DNA of 64,000 nucleotides from Trichoplax sp. H2 (lineage: Eukaryota): positions 124,001-188,000 of the forward strand of contig NOWV01000128.1 in assembly GCA_003344405.1 (NCBI GenBank). Reading direction: 5' to 3'. Numbering within the stretch: the first letter of the stretch is position 1; each line of letters opens with the position of its first letter. A program made the translations under genes and the position numbers. Of this stretch, positions 62,781 to 64,000 are shown one piece after another. A model generated the notes under the pieces. The model was not told where the DNA came from. It worked only from the letters and a program-made list of their open reading frames with translations, and did not search any database.

Positions 62781-64000
62781 AAAGGCTGAGCAAGAGAAGC
62801 AGCATGATAATTTATACCTAAAAGCTTAATATTTAAAATTGCTATTCGGTATAAAACAGTACAAATTGTGAATTCCATAATGACGAAGTAGCCTAAATTT
62901 TAATCAATACTTTAAAACTTAAAACCTTATGAATATGTAATTGATATTGAAGATATCGATTTTATTTCATAGCTTAATCTGATAAAATTATCTCCTACGA
63001 ACGTTTACTCAGCCAATTGACTAGTCTACATGTAAGTTATTGTATGATTGTATGAATTATAATATCACTAGCTCACCCTAAATGCGTTCTTTAAAGTAAG
63101 ATTAGGCTTGATTAATAGTAACAATTTCACGAAATGTCAAATGTTTTGCTTTGTAAGAATTTAGCTTATTGTAATATAATGTATTAATTAATAAGTATGC
63201 ACTATAATGGTAAGTGCATTTACAGTATGAAAGTAAGTATTATGATTTAAGTGAAGAAAGTTTTATATAGAAAGAGTTGTAAAACGTTTAACAATACAGA
63301 TCCGTATGTATACTCATGTGAATTTCCAAAAAATTGCTATTCTAATATTTTAGTTAATTAATGGCTTAAATGAACATTAATTTTTTGGAGATTTTACCTC
63401 ATACAAACGAATGAACATAATTCGATGGTTTATGTTAATATATTAAAATAATATCGTAATTTAATATAATTACGTCTCTGTTTAAAATTTATAAGATTAG
63501 TAATTGTAATCGCGATCTCATTTGGTATGCCAGATTTGCCCTATTTTTATAATTAAGTGCTCGTAAATTAAATTATCTCGATTTCATTAGAATTAGATTC
63601 ATTTGAAAGATTAAAATACACGAATTTATACTAAGCGTTTAAGAAGATTTTGTTACTCTATTTAAAAGCAGAAGAGCATGCGATACTACGAAAATGTAAT
63701 AGTGTAGTAGTACCTATTTACATTGCATATATCACGTGTAACAGTTATAACCGGGTACATACTGAATAAGTGTTTGTACGTGATTAACTAAACTGCATAC
63801 TTAGTATTTTAAAATTGTTGATTTATTGGTCAATCATACAGCACTAACGCAACATTCTGTTCCTACTCATTGGGTAGCAACTAATATAGCCAATACAGTT
63901 GCTTTTTCAGCTTTAAGAATATCTAAATTTGTCAGGCAGTCTACAGCCTTACCTGTTCATTCATGACTATTATTGACATCCAAGCAAGCCTAGAGCTGTG

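Overview
AT-rich, intron-dense animal genomic DNA. The short introns and ACTGTACAGT-rich tracts suggest the placozoan Trichoplax, but that is an inference. Recognisable spliced genes: an MRP1-like ABCC transporter (-), prohibitin PHB1 (+), the serine palmitoyltransferase small subunit (-, single exon), the ciliary LRR protein TCTE1/DRC5 (+, with an RFX X-box upstream), two tandem cytosolic 5'-nucleotidase III paralogues (-) and an ankyrin-repeat protein (+). There is also an orphan six-exon gene with an internal domain duplication (-, 15.5-17.4 kb). The standout is a secreted prepropeptide gene (8583-~10131) followed by a ~250-bp tandem array. Each array unit carries one AG/GTAAGT-flanked microexon (9, 3, 3, 3 nt), preceded by a branch-point motif 75-77 nt upstream and an AG-free zone. 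The fifth unit loses this distal layout and gains a normal proximal TACTAAC. A second candidate 3-nt microexon lies in the ABCC linker. All three divergent promoter regions carry palindrome-rich tandem arrays. The first 6.3 kb contains two gap-flanking duplications that are probably unmerged haplotypes. All exon models were read by eye without transcript data.
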